Shown one piece after another: positions 63,872-64,000 of a stretch of DNA of 64,000 nt (the first letter of the stretch is position 1; each line of letters opens with the position of its first letter). The stretch lies in NCBI GenBank assembly GCA_958009085.1, contig OY253685.1, positions 186,001-250,000 of the forward strand. Direction: 5' to 3'. Under the pieces are notes generated by a model. The model saw only the letters and a list, made by a program, of their open reading frames with translations, was not told where the DNA came from and searched no databases. Made by a program: the position numbers and the translations under genes. Origin of the DNA: Protoeuglena noctilucae (lineage: Eukaryota).

Positions 63872-64000
63872 CTGGTGAGGCAGGGGGCGAACGAGCGTGG
63901 AACCCGAGTGTGTCGAGACACCCGCACGCGACACGCAGGGTCGTGCGGTCCCAATGCCAGCGCGACCCGCGCCCGATCGCGCTACAGCCCACGTATTAAC

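Noticed and set aside
1..64000. Prokaryotic systems (CRISPR arrays, operons, defence islands)
   Set aside because: The genes are spliced eukaryotic housekeeping genes, and no regularly spaced repeat-spacer array was seen.
1..64000. Introner-like element family explaining the GC introns
   Set aside because: By eye the GC-donor introns share no internal sequence, TIRs or consistent TSDs beyond the splice consensus. An all-vs-all intron alignment would be needed to exclude old families.
1..64000. TAA/TAG-to-Gln recoding as in some ulvophytes
   Set aside because: Conserved proteins end at TAG exactly where expected (NMNAT 14746, CCT4 47747), and no in-frame TAR codons were needed in exons.

Overview
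GC-rich, intron-dense eukaryotic nuclear DNA, most likely from a chlorophyte green alga. This is inferred from TGTAA poly(A)-like signals, a TmcB/FXL-type PAS membrane protein and a plant-type Tify-PHD-GNAT gene. TAG, TGA and TAA all act as stops. Manual splicing gives about 15 genes: cardiolipin synthase, AATF/Bfr2, EMC8/9, an IDM1-family Tify-PHD-GNAT acetyltransferase, NMNAT, PrimPol, a CINP-like protein, a small hypothetical, cohesin SCC3, a PPR protein, a double-DOMON cytochrome b561, a divergent 2-oxoacid dehydrogenase E1, CCT4, a giant multi-PAS membrane protein and a partial GlyRS. No CRISPR array, tRNA/rRNA gene or recognisable transposon was found. Most ORFs in the six-frame track are GC-content or antisense artefacts. 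The strongest signals concern splicing. (1) I count about 22 introns with non-canonical GC donors, all AG|GCRAG, roughly one intron in five or six. (2) Several introns and one 3' UTR carry 15-40 nt copies of the adjacent exon boundary 50-75 nt away. Protein-level oddities include a PrimPol with a ~1,000-aa N-terminal extension, an E1 with an EF-hand-like insertion and an altered TPP motif, and a PPR protein with a PAM2-like motif. All gene models are manual, and some 5' ends are uncertain.
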